Shown here: positions 52,925 to 63,743 of the stretch, one piece after another | Position numbering within the stretch: the stretch's first letter is position 1 | How the letters are laid out: each line of letters opens with the position of its first letter | Source: Myxococcales bacterium | Lineage (GTDB): Bacteria; Myxococcota_A; Polyangia; Haliangiales; Haliangiaceae | Assembly (NCBI GenBank): GCA_043753855.1 | Contig: JAYUVX010000034.1 | Span: 58,860-122,859, forward strand | DNA: 64,000 bases | Reading direction: 5' to 3' | Translations under genes and position numbers: made by a program | The notes under the pieces: generated by a model | Database searches by the model: none | What the model was told of the DNA's origin: nothing | What the model saw: only the letters and a program-made list of their open reading frames with translations

Positions 52925-53715
52925 CGATGAGCGTGAACAACCTCAGCGAGTTCGGGCTGGCCAAGGCCGTGCTCGCGGAGGCTGGACTGTCCCGACTCGA
53001 TTGCGTGGAGATCCTCTGGGACAACTACTGCCACCTCGACCCGGGCGCGCTGGCGGCGATGGTCGCGCGGTTCAGTGATCGCGTCTCGATGCACGTGATG
53101 TGGTCACAGTTCCTCGAGCGCGACGCGGAGTCCTGGAAGGCGTATCTCGCGCAGCTGCGCGCTCACGTTCGCGTGCTGCGTCCGATCGCGGTCTCCGACC
53201 ACCTGTGTCGATTCCGGTCCGAAGCGCTGCGCCTGCTCATTCCGCAGGAGCATGACTATCGCGCCCTCGACCACGTCTGCGAGCGGGTCTCCGAGTATCA
53301 GGAGGCGCTCCAGCAGCCGCTGGCGCTCGAAAACTTCGCATCCACCGAGATCCACGCGACCCGCCAGATCGAATTCCTCGACGCGGTGAGCGCGCGGACA
53401 GGTTGCGGCATCTTGTTCGATGTCTCGAACGCCGTCGTCGGCGAGCTCAACGGGCTCGGCCCGGTCGACCTCTGGCTCCAGTGGCTCGCCGGCCGCACGA
53501 TCCAGCTTCACGTCGGTAGCTACGCGTTCAACGAAGGCAGTGGTCTCTATCACGATACGCACAACTCCGACGTCTCGACGGAGACGACACGACGACTTAC
53601 CGAAGCGATGCAGGTGATGCGGGTGACGAGCGTGTGCTACGAACGTGACTATCAGAAGACGGTCGCCTCGATGGCCGGCGACCTTCGCAGCATTCACGCG
53701 GCGGTGCTCGCGTGA
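52918..53715 (+). CDS. Second DUF692 / MNIO family enzyme (paralogue)
   Basis: DCVEILWDNY, SMHVMW, SDHLCRF, PLALENFAS, ILFDVSNAVV, IQLHVGSY, YHDTHNSDV, VCYERDY closely follow the UPF0276/DUF692 consensus. The ATG overlaps the upstream stop (ATGCTGA). Confidence 0.8.
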   Translation: MLTMSVNNLSEFGLAKAVLAEAGLSRLDCVEILWDNYCHLDPGALAAMVARFSDRVSMHVMWSQFLERDAESWKAYLAQLRAHVRVLRPIAVSDHLCRFRSEALRLLIPQEHDYRALDHVCERVSEYQEALQQPLALENFASTEIHATRQIEFLDAVSARTGCGILFDVSNAVVGELNGLGPVDLWLQWLAGRTIQLHVGSYAFNEGSGLYHDTHNSDVSTETTRRLTEAMQVMRVTSVCYERDYQKTVASMAGDLRSIHAAVLA

Positions 53716-54110
53716 CCCTCGAAGAGCGCGTCCGGCGGTTGACGCTCAAGCAGATCTACCAGCGACAAGAGGAGCCCTCCGCGCTACCGACCCACCTGCT
53801 GTGGCAAGCGCCGCTCGCGGCGGCAGCACCCAATGATCCGGTCGGCGTCCTCAGCGCTCGGATGGAGCTCGCCGGCCGGTTGTGGTTGCGCAACCTGGAT
53901 CTGCGCTTCTCGAGGCGGCTCATCATCTCGCACTGCGAGGAGCCGCTGAGCTACGTGTTCCAGCGTGCGAACCTACCGGACGAGACGAACCTCGTCGCCG
54001 GACCGTCTCGGGTGTCGTTGCTGCGGCATGGTCCGACGATGTTTCACCTGCCCATCCGGTTTTTCGAATCCCTCGAGACCTACGACCGAACGCTGTTTGC
54101 CAGCTTCTGA
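53712..54110 (+). CDS. Hypothetical 132-aa protein translationally coupled to the MNIO pair
   Basis: GTGA start/stop overlap with the second MNIO gene. High GC3. No family recognised by eye. Confidence 0.5.
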   Translation: MTLEERVRRLTLKQIYQRQEEPSALPTHLLWQAPLAAAAPNDPVGVLSARMELAGRLWLRNLDLRFSRRLIISHCEEPLSYVFQRANLPDETNLVAGPSRVSLLRHGPTMFHLPIRFFESLETYDRTLFASF

Positions 54111-54160
54111 TCAAACGCGCAGCGGCGCGCGGCGGAGATCAGGCTATCATTCGCGCCTGC

Positions 54161-55890
<1,730 letters not shown>

Positions 55891-55894
<4 letters not shown>

Positions 55895-57057
55895 GCTGCT
55901 TTCTCGACGATGTATTCCGATACGTCAGCATGACCGGTGGGGATCTGGCTCGACTCTCGGAGCTGCATCACGTGCTGGAGCCCGAGTTCCCGGCGATCGC
56001 CGAGCAGTTCTACCAGGCCGTCCTCGAGGACCCACGGACCGCGGCGATCCTGTCGGGTCCCGACCAGGTCCAGCGGCTTCGCATGTCGCTGATCGACTGG
56101 ATGTCGACGGGATTGCTCGGCCCCCACGACGAGAAGTTTTACGACAAGCGGTCGCGGATCGGCCGCCGCCACGTCCAGATCGGACTCGCACAGGAGTACA
56201 TGTTCACCGGCATGACGGTGGTCCGGCTCGCCTACCAGGAGCGCATCTTCGCCGCGTTTCCAGGCGCTGCCGCCGCGGCTCCACTCGCCGCCGTCAACAA
56301 GCTGCTCGATGTCGAGCTCGCGATCATGGTGCGCCACTACCAGCTCGATACCGAATCCCGGCTGGTCCACCGCGAGCGCCATGCGCTCTCCGATCGGCTC
56401 CTCGCGATGCAGACGCTGACCGCGGGGCTCGCACACGAGGTCAGAAACCCGCTCAACGCGGCGAAGCTTCAGCTCGAGCTCCTCGATCGCCGGCTGCGCC
56501 GCGAGCACGATGATCCGAGGTTCACCGAGCCAAGCTCGCTCGCGAGTCAGGAGATGGAGCGGCTCACCAGGCTGCTCAACGACTTCCTCGCCTTCGCCCG
56601 TCCACCCGAGCTCAACCTCGAGGAGCGCGACATTGCGGAGCTCGTACGTCATGTCTACGAGGTGGAGCGGCCCGGTGCGGAGAAGCACGGTGCGGCTTTC
56701 GAGCTCGTGGTCAGTCCGGCTCATCTGACGGCGAAGGTCGACGCGCCGAAACTCCACCAGATCGTCGCCAACATCATCCGCAACGCGATCGAAGCCGTGC
56801 CTCCGGGCGGGCATGTCACCGTCGAGCTCGAGGGCTCGCACGAGTCGTTCACGCTCCGGGTCCACGACGATGGTCCGGGAATCAGCGAAGCGGTGAAGAC
56901 GCGGATCTACGAGCCGTTCTTCTCCACGAAGGAGAGCGGCACCGGGCTCGGGATGTCGATCGTATATTCGCTGGTCACCCTGCACGGCGGAGCGATCGCG
57001 ATCGACACCAACGACCGCGGCACGCGGTTCGACGTCACGATCCCGCGCCGTCAGTGA
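55891..57057 (+). CDS. Globin-coupled sensor histidine kinase
   Basis: N-terminal protoglobin-type sensor (EQFYQAVLEDP with distal Tyr, IGRRHVQIGL with proximal His), HisKA H-box LAHEVRNPLN, HATPase N/G boxes (NAIEA, DDGPGI, GTGLGM). GTGA overlap with the activator gene. Confidence 0.8.
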
Positions 57058-57839
57058 GCTTCGACGGTGGCGTTCTCGAGCATCACCGCGTACGCGTAGC
57101 CCGCGCCAAAGTCCTTGTTGCGCGCCACGGTGCCCCGCATCGCGACCACCTGCCCGAGCGTCAACGTAGCCTCGGTCGTCAGCGTCAAATCGCCGCTGCC
57201 GTCCTGTAGATGGACCCAGTTGTGGCCGAGGATGCCGTTGTTCACCTTGACGACCTTGCCGCGCACGAGCACGGCGGTGCCCGCCGCACTGCCCTTGTCG
57301 CTGGCGAGGGACGCGATGGTCAGGCCGCCGGCCGGTGGTGCGATGGGCTGGACCTTCGCGGCCATCGCCGGGACGCTCGGAGGAGCTGGAGCCGGTGCAG
57401 CGCCGTCGATCGGAAATGACGAGATGAAGTAGATCTCGTCGAACGTGCGCTTCAGCGTGGTGCTCTGGAAGCTCGTCATCAGCGAGCCGGTGACGCTCCC
57501 GATCCGCGTCCCCACGGCGAGCTTGGTCTCCGGCCCGGCGACCCACACCATGGTCCCGCCGTGGTCGAGCTTGGCGTAGGTGTAGCCCCCCGAGTCCATG
57601 GTCTCGACGACGGTGCCGGAGACGCCCTGGCCCCCGGGCGCAGCCGCGGCAGGAGATTCCATCGGATCGATCGGACCCGGCGCGCTCGGCGTTGCGGTGC
57701 GCATCGGTGGCGGCGCGGACCCCGGCGATGCCTGCAGGGCCGTGAGCTCGCCGGTGGCAGGTGCGGGGGCGCCGGCGGTTCGTGAGTCGCGCGTGCAGGC
57801 GGCGAGTGCGAGTGCGAGCAGTACGTGGCGGATCAGCAT
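57051..57839 (-). CDS. Lipoprotein with two OB-fold-like domains, last gene of the cbb3 maturation operon
   Basis: Lipobox LALAACT and a Pro/Ala linker. GTVVETMDSGGYTYAKLD.. and GKVVKVNNGILGHNWVHLQDGSG. Starts 13 nt after the ccoS stop. Confidence 0.6.
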   Translation of the reverse strand: MLIRHVLLALALAACTRDSRTAGAPAPATGELTALQASPGSAPPPMRTATPSAPGPIDPMESPAAAAPGGQGVSGTVVETMDSGGYTYAKLDHGGTMVWVAGPETKLAVGTRIGSVTGSLMTSFQSTTLKRTFDEIYFISSFPIDGAAPAPAPPSVPAMAAKVQPIAPPAGGLTIASLASDKGSAAGTAVLVRGKVVKVNNGILGHNWVHLQDGSGDLTLTTEATLTLGQVVAMRGTVARNKDFGAGYAYAVMLENATVEAH

Positions 57840-57851
57840 GAGTCAAAGGTA

Positions 57852-58031
57852 CTAGGAGGAAGGCGGAAGACGAGGGTCCCGCGCAGGAACAGGTGGGTCG
57901 TCGAACAGGATACGCCGAGGAGGCGTATCGACGTCGTCGAGCTGACCGGAACGCACCGTCCAGATGAAGGCTGCAACTGCCGCGCCAGCGACGAGCAGGG
58001 CGAGCGGCAACACGATGTAGAGCGAGATCAC
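57852..58031 (-). CDS. ccoS: cbb3-type cytochrome oxidase assembly protein CcoS
   Basis: Not in the ORF track (59 aa). Hand translation: [45 protein letters not shown]... The GTG overlaps the ccoI stop (GTGA). Confidence 0.8.
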   Translation of the reverse strand: MISLYIVLPLALLVAGAAVAAFIWTVRSGQLDDVDTPPRRILFDDPPVPARDPRLPPSS

Positions 58032-60424
58032 GAGGTCCTCCGGAACGCTCGCGACCGCAGCGAGCTGGCGAGCACCGTCAGCGAGCTGAGCGGCATCACG
58101 AGTGCGGCGATCAACGGATGAATAACTCCGACCACCGCGAGCGTCCCGGCGGTCAGGTTGTAGATCAAGGACAGGCGCAGGTTGCGGCGAATTGTCGCGA
58201 GCGTCGCGCGTGCGCCGGCAACCGTCGCGGCGATGTCACCGATCGCCGGCGAGCGCAGGTAGACGTCCGCGGTCTCGATCGCGATCTCGGCCGAGCCAGC
58301 GACCGCGATCCCGGCGGTGGCTGCTGCCATCGCCGCCGCATCGTTGACACCATCGCCCACCATCACCACCGGGCCCGCGAGCCGTCGCTCGACGACCCGG
58401 GCCACCTTGTCCTCGGGGCTCGCTCCGCCGTGACAGCGATCGGCGGGGATCCCGAGCGCAGCTCCTATGCGCCGCGCCACCCGCGCGTCGTCGCCGGACA
58501 GCAGCTCGAGCTGCCAGCCCGCCGCGGTGAGCTCGTCGAGCGCGGCTTTTGCGTCGGGACGGATCGGATCCGCCAGCCCCGCAACGGCGACCGCGCGCTG
58601 ATCGACGGCGATCACGATCGGAGTCTCGCCGCGCTCGGCGACCTCTGCGATCCATGCCTCGATCCCGGGATGACACGACGTTCGCGCGCGCACCCACGGC
58701 GGCGCACCGACGATCACCTCGTGACCCCCGACCAGACCGGCGATGCCGCGACCGAGCTCCTCCTCGATCTGGAGGGCCACGAGTGGTGAGGTCGCGTGAG
58801 CTCGCAACGCGCGCGCGATCGGATGATCACTCCCCGCCTCGACGGCCACCGCGAGCCCGACCGCATCGACATCGCCGCGCCAGGAGACCACGGCGAGCTT
58901 GCCGGCGGTCAGCGTGCCGGTCTTGTCGACGAACATCGTGCCCGGGGTCGCGAGCCGCTCGAGCGCATCGGCACCCTTGATCAGCACGCCCCGTTTCGCC
59001 GCACGGCCGAGGGCCACGGTGACGGCGAGCGGCGTGGCGAGTGCGAGTGCGCACGGACACGTGACGATCAGCAGGGCCATCGCATTCTCGGCGCCGACCT
59101 CGAGCGACACCGCCGCCGTCCACGCCAGCAACGTGATCAAGGCCGCGAACGTCACGATCTTCACGAACTGGCCGGCGATCTGATCGACCAGCCGCTCGAT
59201 CGGCGCCTTGCGTGCGGACATCGCCTCGATCGCGGCCACCAGCCGACCGATCCGCGTGGTCTCGCCGATCGCGGTCGCACGGATGATCAACGGTGCCGCC
59301 AGGTTCGCGGTGCCGGCGTTCACCGGATCTCCAGCGGAGACCTCGATCGGCCGCGACTCGCCGGTCAGCAGCCCGACATCGAGCGCCGAACGACCCTCGA
59401 CGATCACGCCATCGACCGGGATGACGTCGCCGACGAGGACCTTGACGAGATCGCCGGGCACGATCGCTTCGATCGGCACCTCGACGACGACGACGCCATC
59501 GATCCGTCGCGCGCGACCCGGCGTCAGGGCGAGCAGCAGCTCGGCGGAGGTCGACGCGCGTCGCTGGTGACGCAGCACGACCCAGCGGGCGACCAGCAGC
59601 AGGAACACCAGCATCGCGAGGCTGTCGAAGTAGATCTCGCCGGTGCCGCGCAGCACGTTTGCCGAGCCCCAGCCGAGACCGGCGAGGATCCCGATCGAGA
59701 GCGGCAGGTCGAGGTGGAGCCGGCGCGCGCGGAGTGCACCGATCGCGGTGCGGAACATCGGGGTCGCCGCGTAGCCGAGCCCGGGCACCGCGACCAGCAT
59801 CGAGTACCAGCGGAACAACGTCGCATCGGCGCGCGCCATCCCGCCGAACAGTCCGCAGTACAGCGCGATCGAGAGCAGCATGAGGTTGCCCATCGCGGCC
59901 CCCGCCACGCCGAGCTTCGCGAGCAGCGCGCGATCCTCCTTGCGTCGCGCCCCATCGCGGTCGAGCCCACGGTACGGATGCGGCGGATGGCCGACGCCGT
60001 CGAGGAACCGGGCGATCGTCGACAGCGACACCGCGCGCGGATCCCACGTCACATCTGCCCGGCTCCGCCCCAGATCGACGCGGACCTCCAGCGTGCCGGG
60101 CACGCACCGCGGCGCACTCTCGACCAGCCAGATGCAGGCGGTGCATCTCAGATCCTCGAGGTAGAGCGCCGCGTGTGCCATGCCGCTCGCGGCGAGCTGG
60201 ACATGCACGCGCTGAAACGCCGGATCATCGAGCTCGGAGTACGCGCGCCCGGTCGCGTTCGCGGGTGCGGCGTCCTCGCGGAGCGCATAGAACTGCTCGA
60301 GCCCGTTGGCCCTGATCGCGGTGTAGACCACCTCGCAGCCGCTGCAGCAGAACTCCGCACGGCCCACGGGCACCGGGAGGCCGCAGTGGATACACGGAGC
60401 GAGCTGCGCCAGCGCCGCCGTCAC
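58028..60424 (-). CDS. ccoI: Heavy-metal (copper) translocating P1B-type ATPase CcoI/FixI
   Basis: N-terminal [30 protein letters not shown], phosphorylation site [20 protein letters not shown]. The GTG start overlaps the upstream stop. Confidence 0.9.
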   Translation of the reverse strand: MTAALAQLAPCIHCGLPVPVGRAEFCCSGCEVVYTAIRANGLEQFYALREDAAPANATGRAYSELDDPAFQRVHVQLAASGMAHAALYLEDLRCTACIWLVESAPRCVPGTLEVRVDLGRSRADVTWDPRAVSLSTIARFLDGVGHPPHPYRGLDRDGARRKEDRALLAKLGVAGAAMGNLMLLSIALYCGLFGGMARADATLFRWYSMLVAVPGLGYAATPMFRTAIGALRARRLHLDLPLSIGILAGLGWGSANVLRGTGEIYFDSLAMLVFLLLVARWVVLRHQRRASTSAELLLALTPGRARRIDGVVVVEVPIEAIVPGDLVKVLVGDVIPVDGVIVEGRSALDVGLLTGESRPIEVSAGDPVNAGTANLAAPLIIRATAIGETTRIGRLVAAIEAMSARKAPIERLVDQIAGQFVKIVTFAALITLLAWTAAVSLEVGAENAMALLIVTCPCALALATPLAVTVALGRAAKRGVLIKGADALERLATPGTMFVDKTGTLTAGKLAVVSWRGDVDAVGLAVAVEAGSDHPIARALRAHATSPLVALQIEEELGRGIAGLVGGHEVIVGAPPWVRARTSCHPGIEAWIAEVAERGETPIVIAVDQRAVAVAGLADPIRPDAKAALDELTAAGWQLELLSGDDARVARRIGAALGIPADRCHGGASPEDKVARVVERRLAGPVVMVGDGVNDAAAMAAATAGIAVAGSAEIAIETADVYLRSPAIGDIAATVAGARATLATIRRNLRLSLIYNLTAGTLAVVGVIHPLIAALVMPLSSLTVLASSLRSRAFRRTS

Positions 60425-61110
60425 GTACCGGCCTTGGCATGGCAATGCGGAGCCGTCACACCGCCGGGGCCCGCGTCGCGCCACCGGCTCGCGAGCGTGA
60501 CGAGGCCGAGCGCGATCAGCACGCACGCCGTGATCACCGGCAGCCGGCCGCGCAGCCGAGCGAGCAGCGGTCCTGCGATCGCGAGCACGCCGGTCATCGC
60601 CGGCACGGTACCGAGCCAGAACACCAGCATCACCAGCGCACCCGACGCCGCGTGGCCGGTCCCCGCAGCGGTGACGACGAATGCCCATAGCCATCCGCAT
60701 GGCAACAGGCCCGTGAGCACGCCGATCAAGGCTGCGCGGGTCACCGCACGTCGACCACGCAGCTGGACGAGCCCGCGCTGAAACAGCACGCCGCTCTGCG
60801 CGGGTCCACGTAGCCAGCCGCGCGCCACCGCGATCGCATGGACACCCCAGCCGACGATCATCAGTCCCGAGACGATGGTGGCGACGTGCTGCACGCTCGC
60901 GAGGTCACCCGCCAGATCGACGGCGCCACCGACGAGGCCTGCGATCGTGCCGAGCACCACGTAGGTCGCCAGCCGCCCGAGCGAATGAACGAGCGCGAGC
61001 CGGATCGATCGCGCGCCGCCGTGCATGCCGACCAGCGGACCGCACATCGCCACGCAGTGCACGCTGCCGATCAAGCTCGATACGAAGATCGTGGCAGCGA
61101 GCGCGCTCAT
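60421..61110 (-). CDS. TauE/SafE-like (DsbD_2-type) membrane protein of cbb3 clusters
   Basis: N-terminal GSVHCVAMCGPL motif, 6 TM helices, second Cys pair LLPCGW. Start/stop overlaps on both sides. Confidence 0.65.
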   Translation of the reverse strand: MSALAATIFVSSLIGSVHCVAMCGPLVGMHGGARSIRLALVHSLGRLATYVVLGTIAGLVGGAVDLAGDLASVQHVATIVSGLMIVGWGVHAIAVARGWLRGPAQSGVLFQRGLVQLRGRRAVTRAALIGVLTGLLPCGWLWAFVVTAAGTGHAASGALVMLVFWLGTVPAMTGVLAIAGPLLARLRGRLPVITACVLIALGLVTLASRWRDAGPGGVTAPHCHAKAGT

Positions 61111-61556
61111 CGTGCATCCACCTGCAGCCGGCGGACATAGCGCTTGCCCGCGCGGTCGACTGCAATCACGAGATCGTGCACGCCCGGTGTGCGATCGCCT
61201 TGGCCGCGGTATGCGCCCGCGCCTGCAGCGACCAGCTGCACGTCGAGCCGCTCGTGCGCCCGTGCACGCGGATAGCCGGTCACCCGCACCTGCGCCTCCG
61301 AGAGTGGCGCACCCGTTGCATCGCGTGCCGAGATCACGAGCTCGCCATCGACCAGGGTCGCATCCACGCGCCAGCCAAGCGCGCGGCTCGCCGTGGCCTC
61401 CGCCAGTGTGTCGTCATAGTGCGCTGCCTGCTGGTAATAGTCGGGGATCACCTCCGAGGATCCGACGCTCGCCACGGTCGCAAGGATCACCATCGCGGTC
61501 ACGTTGCCGGCGAGCAGCACGACGATCGCGAGGACCCAGCGGCGAGCCGGCGTCAT
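61107..61556 (-). CDS. ccoH: FixH/CcoH family protein
   Basis: Single N-terminal TM, then IPDYYQQAAHYD.. and a beta-rich periplasmic domain. Located between ccoG and ccoI. Confidence 0.75.
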   Translation of the reverse strand: MTPARRWVLAIVVLLAGNVTAMVILATVASVGSSEVIPDYYQQAAHYDDTLAEATASRALGWRVDATLVDGELVISARDATGAPLSEAQVRVTGYPRARAHERLDVQLVAAGAGAYRGQGDRTPGVHDLVIAVDRAGKRYVRRLQVDAR

Positions 61557-62938
61557 GGCGTCCCCCGCTCCGGACCGAGCAGCGTGACCGAGACGATCCG
61601 CTCGAACCCGGAGCTGTCGTTGATCCGGAGCTGGACAGAGCGCTTGCCCTTCACGAACGAGCTCGGCGCCGCGTCCACGAACAGCGGCACGTCGATCGAG
61701 TGGCGCGACTTAACCTGCCAGCTCGGCTGTACCGAGCGCAGCGTCGCGTCGGGCGCTCCGACCAGCGAGATCGAGTAGCCACGGGACTCGTCGGTCTCGT
61801 TCTCGATCTTGAGCTGCACGCGCGCGGCGATCCGGCCATCTGACAGCTCGACGAAGCTCGGACCACTCAGCCGCTCGACCCAGACCTCGGCGAGCGGCTT
61901 GGTGCCGACCGACCAGATGAACAGGCCCGACACCGTCGCGAGCAGCAGCGGATAGATCACGGTGCGCAGGCGCAGCACCTTGCGAGGCTTGCCCGCGAGC
62001 TGATCACTCGACGTGTAGCCGATCAGATGACGCGCCTGCCCGGTCTTGTCCATGACAGTGTCGCAGGCGTCGGCACACTGCGCGCAACCGATGCACTCCA
62101 TCTGCAGACCCTTCCGGATATCGATGCCGGTCGGGCACACGTCGACACAGGCGCCGCAATCGACGCACGCCCCGCGCTCGGTCACGACCGGCAGCTTGTG
62201 CTTCGGCTTGGACCGCGGCTCGCCGCGCGTCACGTCGTACGCGATGATCAGCGATTGCTTGTCGAGTAGCACCGTCTGCAGGCGCCCGTACGGGCACGCC
62301 ACGATGCACATCTGCTCGCGGAAATAGGCGAAGTCGAACAGCATGAGCGCGGACACGCCGAACACCACCGCGAAGCCACCGAGGTGGTCGAGCGGTGAGC
62401 CCCACACCCAGCGTTCGAGTCGTTCCGTACCGACGAAGTACGCCAGGAACACGTTGGCGAGTACGAACGACAAGGCCGCGTAGATCATCCACTTGATCAT
62501 CCGGCGCCAGTGGAACCGCGGCAGCTTGGCCTGCTGTGCCGCATTGCCCTCGATCCAGCGCTCGATCGGGCGGAACACCAGCTCCAGATAGACGGTCTGC
62601 GGGCACCCCCAGCCGCACCACACGCGGCCGAACAGCGCGGTGACCAGGAACACCAGCAGGACGATGGTCAACCCGAGCAGCATCAGCACGAAACCATCGG
62701 ACGGTCGGAACACGGCGCCGAACGCGGAGACCTCGCGCGAGATCAGATCGATCAGTAGCGCGGGGCGACCGCCGATCCGGATCCGCGGCAGCAGCACGAA
62801 CAGGATGATCAGCGCCACACCGACGATCCGTCGGCCGCGCAGGAACCTGCCGCGGGCGAGCCGCGGGCTCAGCCAGTGCCGCGTGCCATCGGCGTTGAGA
62901 GTCGACAGCACCCGCGCGCCCGCGATCGGAGGAGTCAT
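61553..62938 (-). CDS. ccoG: Cytochrome c oxidase accessory protein CcoG/FixG (2x[4Fe-4S])
   Basis: WCGWGCPQTV, CIVACPYGR, CVDCGACVDVCP, CIGCAQCADAC. Start at the internal ATG, overlapping the ccoP stop (ATGA). Confidence 0.9.
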   Translation of the reverse strand: MTPPIAGARVLSTLNADGTRHWLSPRLARGRFLRGRRIVGVALIILFVLLPRIRIGGRPALLIDLISREVSAFGAVFRPSDGFVLMLLGLTIVLLVFLVTALFGRVWCGWGCPQTVYLELVFRPIERWIEGNAAQQAKLPRFHWRRMIKWMIYAALSFVLANVFLAYFVGTERLERWVWGSPLDHLGGFAVVFGVSALMLFDFAYFREQMCIVACPYGRLQTVLLDKQSLIIAYDVTRGEPRSKPKHKLPVVTERGACVDCGACVDVCPTGIDIRKGLQMECIGCAQCADACDTVMDKTGQARHLIGYTSSDQLAGKPRKVLRLRTVIYPLLLATVSGLFIWSVGTKPLAEVWVERLSGPSFVELSDGRIAARVQLKIENETDESRGYSISLVGAPDATLRSVQPSWQVKSRHSIDVPLFVDAAPSSFVKGKRSVQLRINDSSGFERIVSVTLLGPERGTP

Positions 62939-63564
62939 GGCGCGAACGCCTCGACGGGCTCTCCCTGCGACGCCTTCCCACCATCGAGGTTCGTGCCACG
63001 CAGCGTGGTGACATATGCGACGACGTCGAGGATGTCGGCGGCGGGGAGCTGCTCGCCCCACGCGATCATCGCAGTGCCGCTCACGCCGTCGTGCACCGTG
63101 TGGAACATGTCCATCCGGGTCGTGCCGTGCAGCTGGAAGTTATCGGTGAGGTTGGGCCCGATCAGGCCGCGACCTCCCGCCGCGTGGCAGGCGATGCACT
63201 TGGTCGCGAACACGGCGGCTCCGTGCTCGACCAGCTTGCCGTCCTGCGCGTTGCGGGCGAGCGCGGCCTCGGTGACGTGAGCAGCCTCCGCCTGATCACG
63301 CATGCTCTTCTTGTCGTTGAACTCCGCGAGCTCGGAGACATAGCGCTGCTGCGGCGTAGTGCCCCAGTTGGCGATGTGGAAATAGAAGCCGTACATCGCG
63401 GCGAACACGATCGAACCGATGAAGATCGCCGACCACCAACCGGGTAGCGGGTTGTCGTACTCGTGGATTCCGTCGTAGGAGTGATCCATGAGGCGCGGCT
63501 CGGCCGGCTCGGTGGTGTCCTGCGGTGCCTCGACCGCCGAGGGAGTTGCATGCGCGACGCTCAT
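62935..63564 (-). CDS. ccoP: cbb3-type cytochrome c oxidase subunit III (CcoP), mono-haem form
   Basis: N-terminal DGIHEYDNPLPGWW motif and TM helix. Only one CXXCH (CIACH) in 209 aa. Confidence 0.85.
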   Translation of the reverse strand: MSVAHATPSAVEAPQDTTEPAEPRLMDHSYDGIHEYDNPLPGWWSAIFIGSIVFAAMYGFYFHIANWGTTPQQRYVSELAEFNDKKSMRDQAEAAHVTEAALARNAQDGKLVEHGAAVFATKCIACHAAGGRGLIGPNLTDNFQLHGTTRMDMFHTVHDGVSGTAMIAWGEQLPAADILDVVAYVTTLRGTNLDGGKASQGEPVEAFAP

Positions 63565-63743
63565 CGCCGACCTCCTTCGTCGTCGAACAGCGGCAGCAGC
63601 GCGGCTTCGGCGTGCTCCGTGGCGCGGCGCTTGCCGCCATGACGGATCGCCACGCCGACGAACACCATGAGGAACAACACGAGCGCGAGCTCGGCATACT
63701 GGGTCGGCGACAGCGCCGACACGAGATCGGAGAACCGGATCAC
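63561..63743 (-). CDS. ccoQ: cbb3 oxidase small subunit CcoQ-like
   Basis: 60 aa with a single TM (YAELALVLFLMVFVGVAI). Positioned between ccoO and ccoP with ATGA-type overlaps. Confidence 0.65.
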   Translation of the reverse strand: MIRFSDLVSALSPTQYAELALVLFLMVFVGVAIRHGGKRRATEHAEAALLPLFDDEGGRR

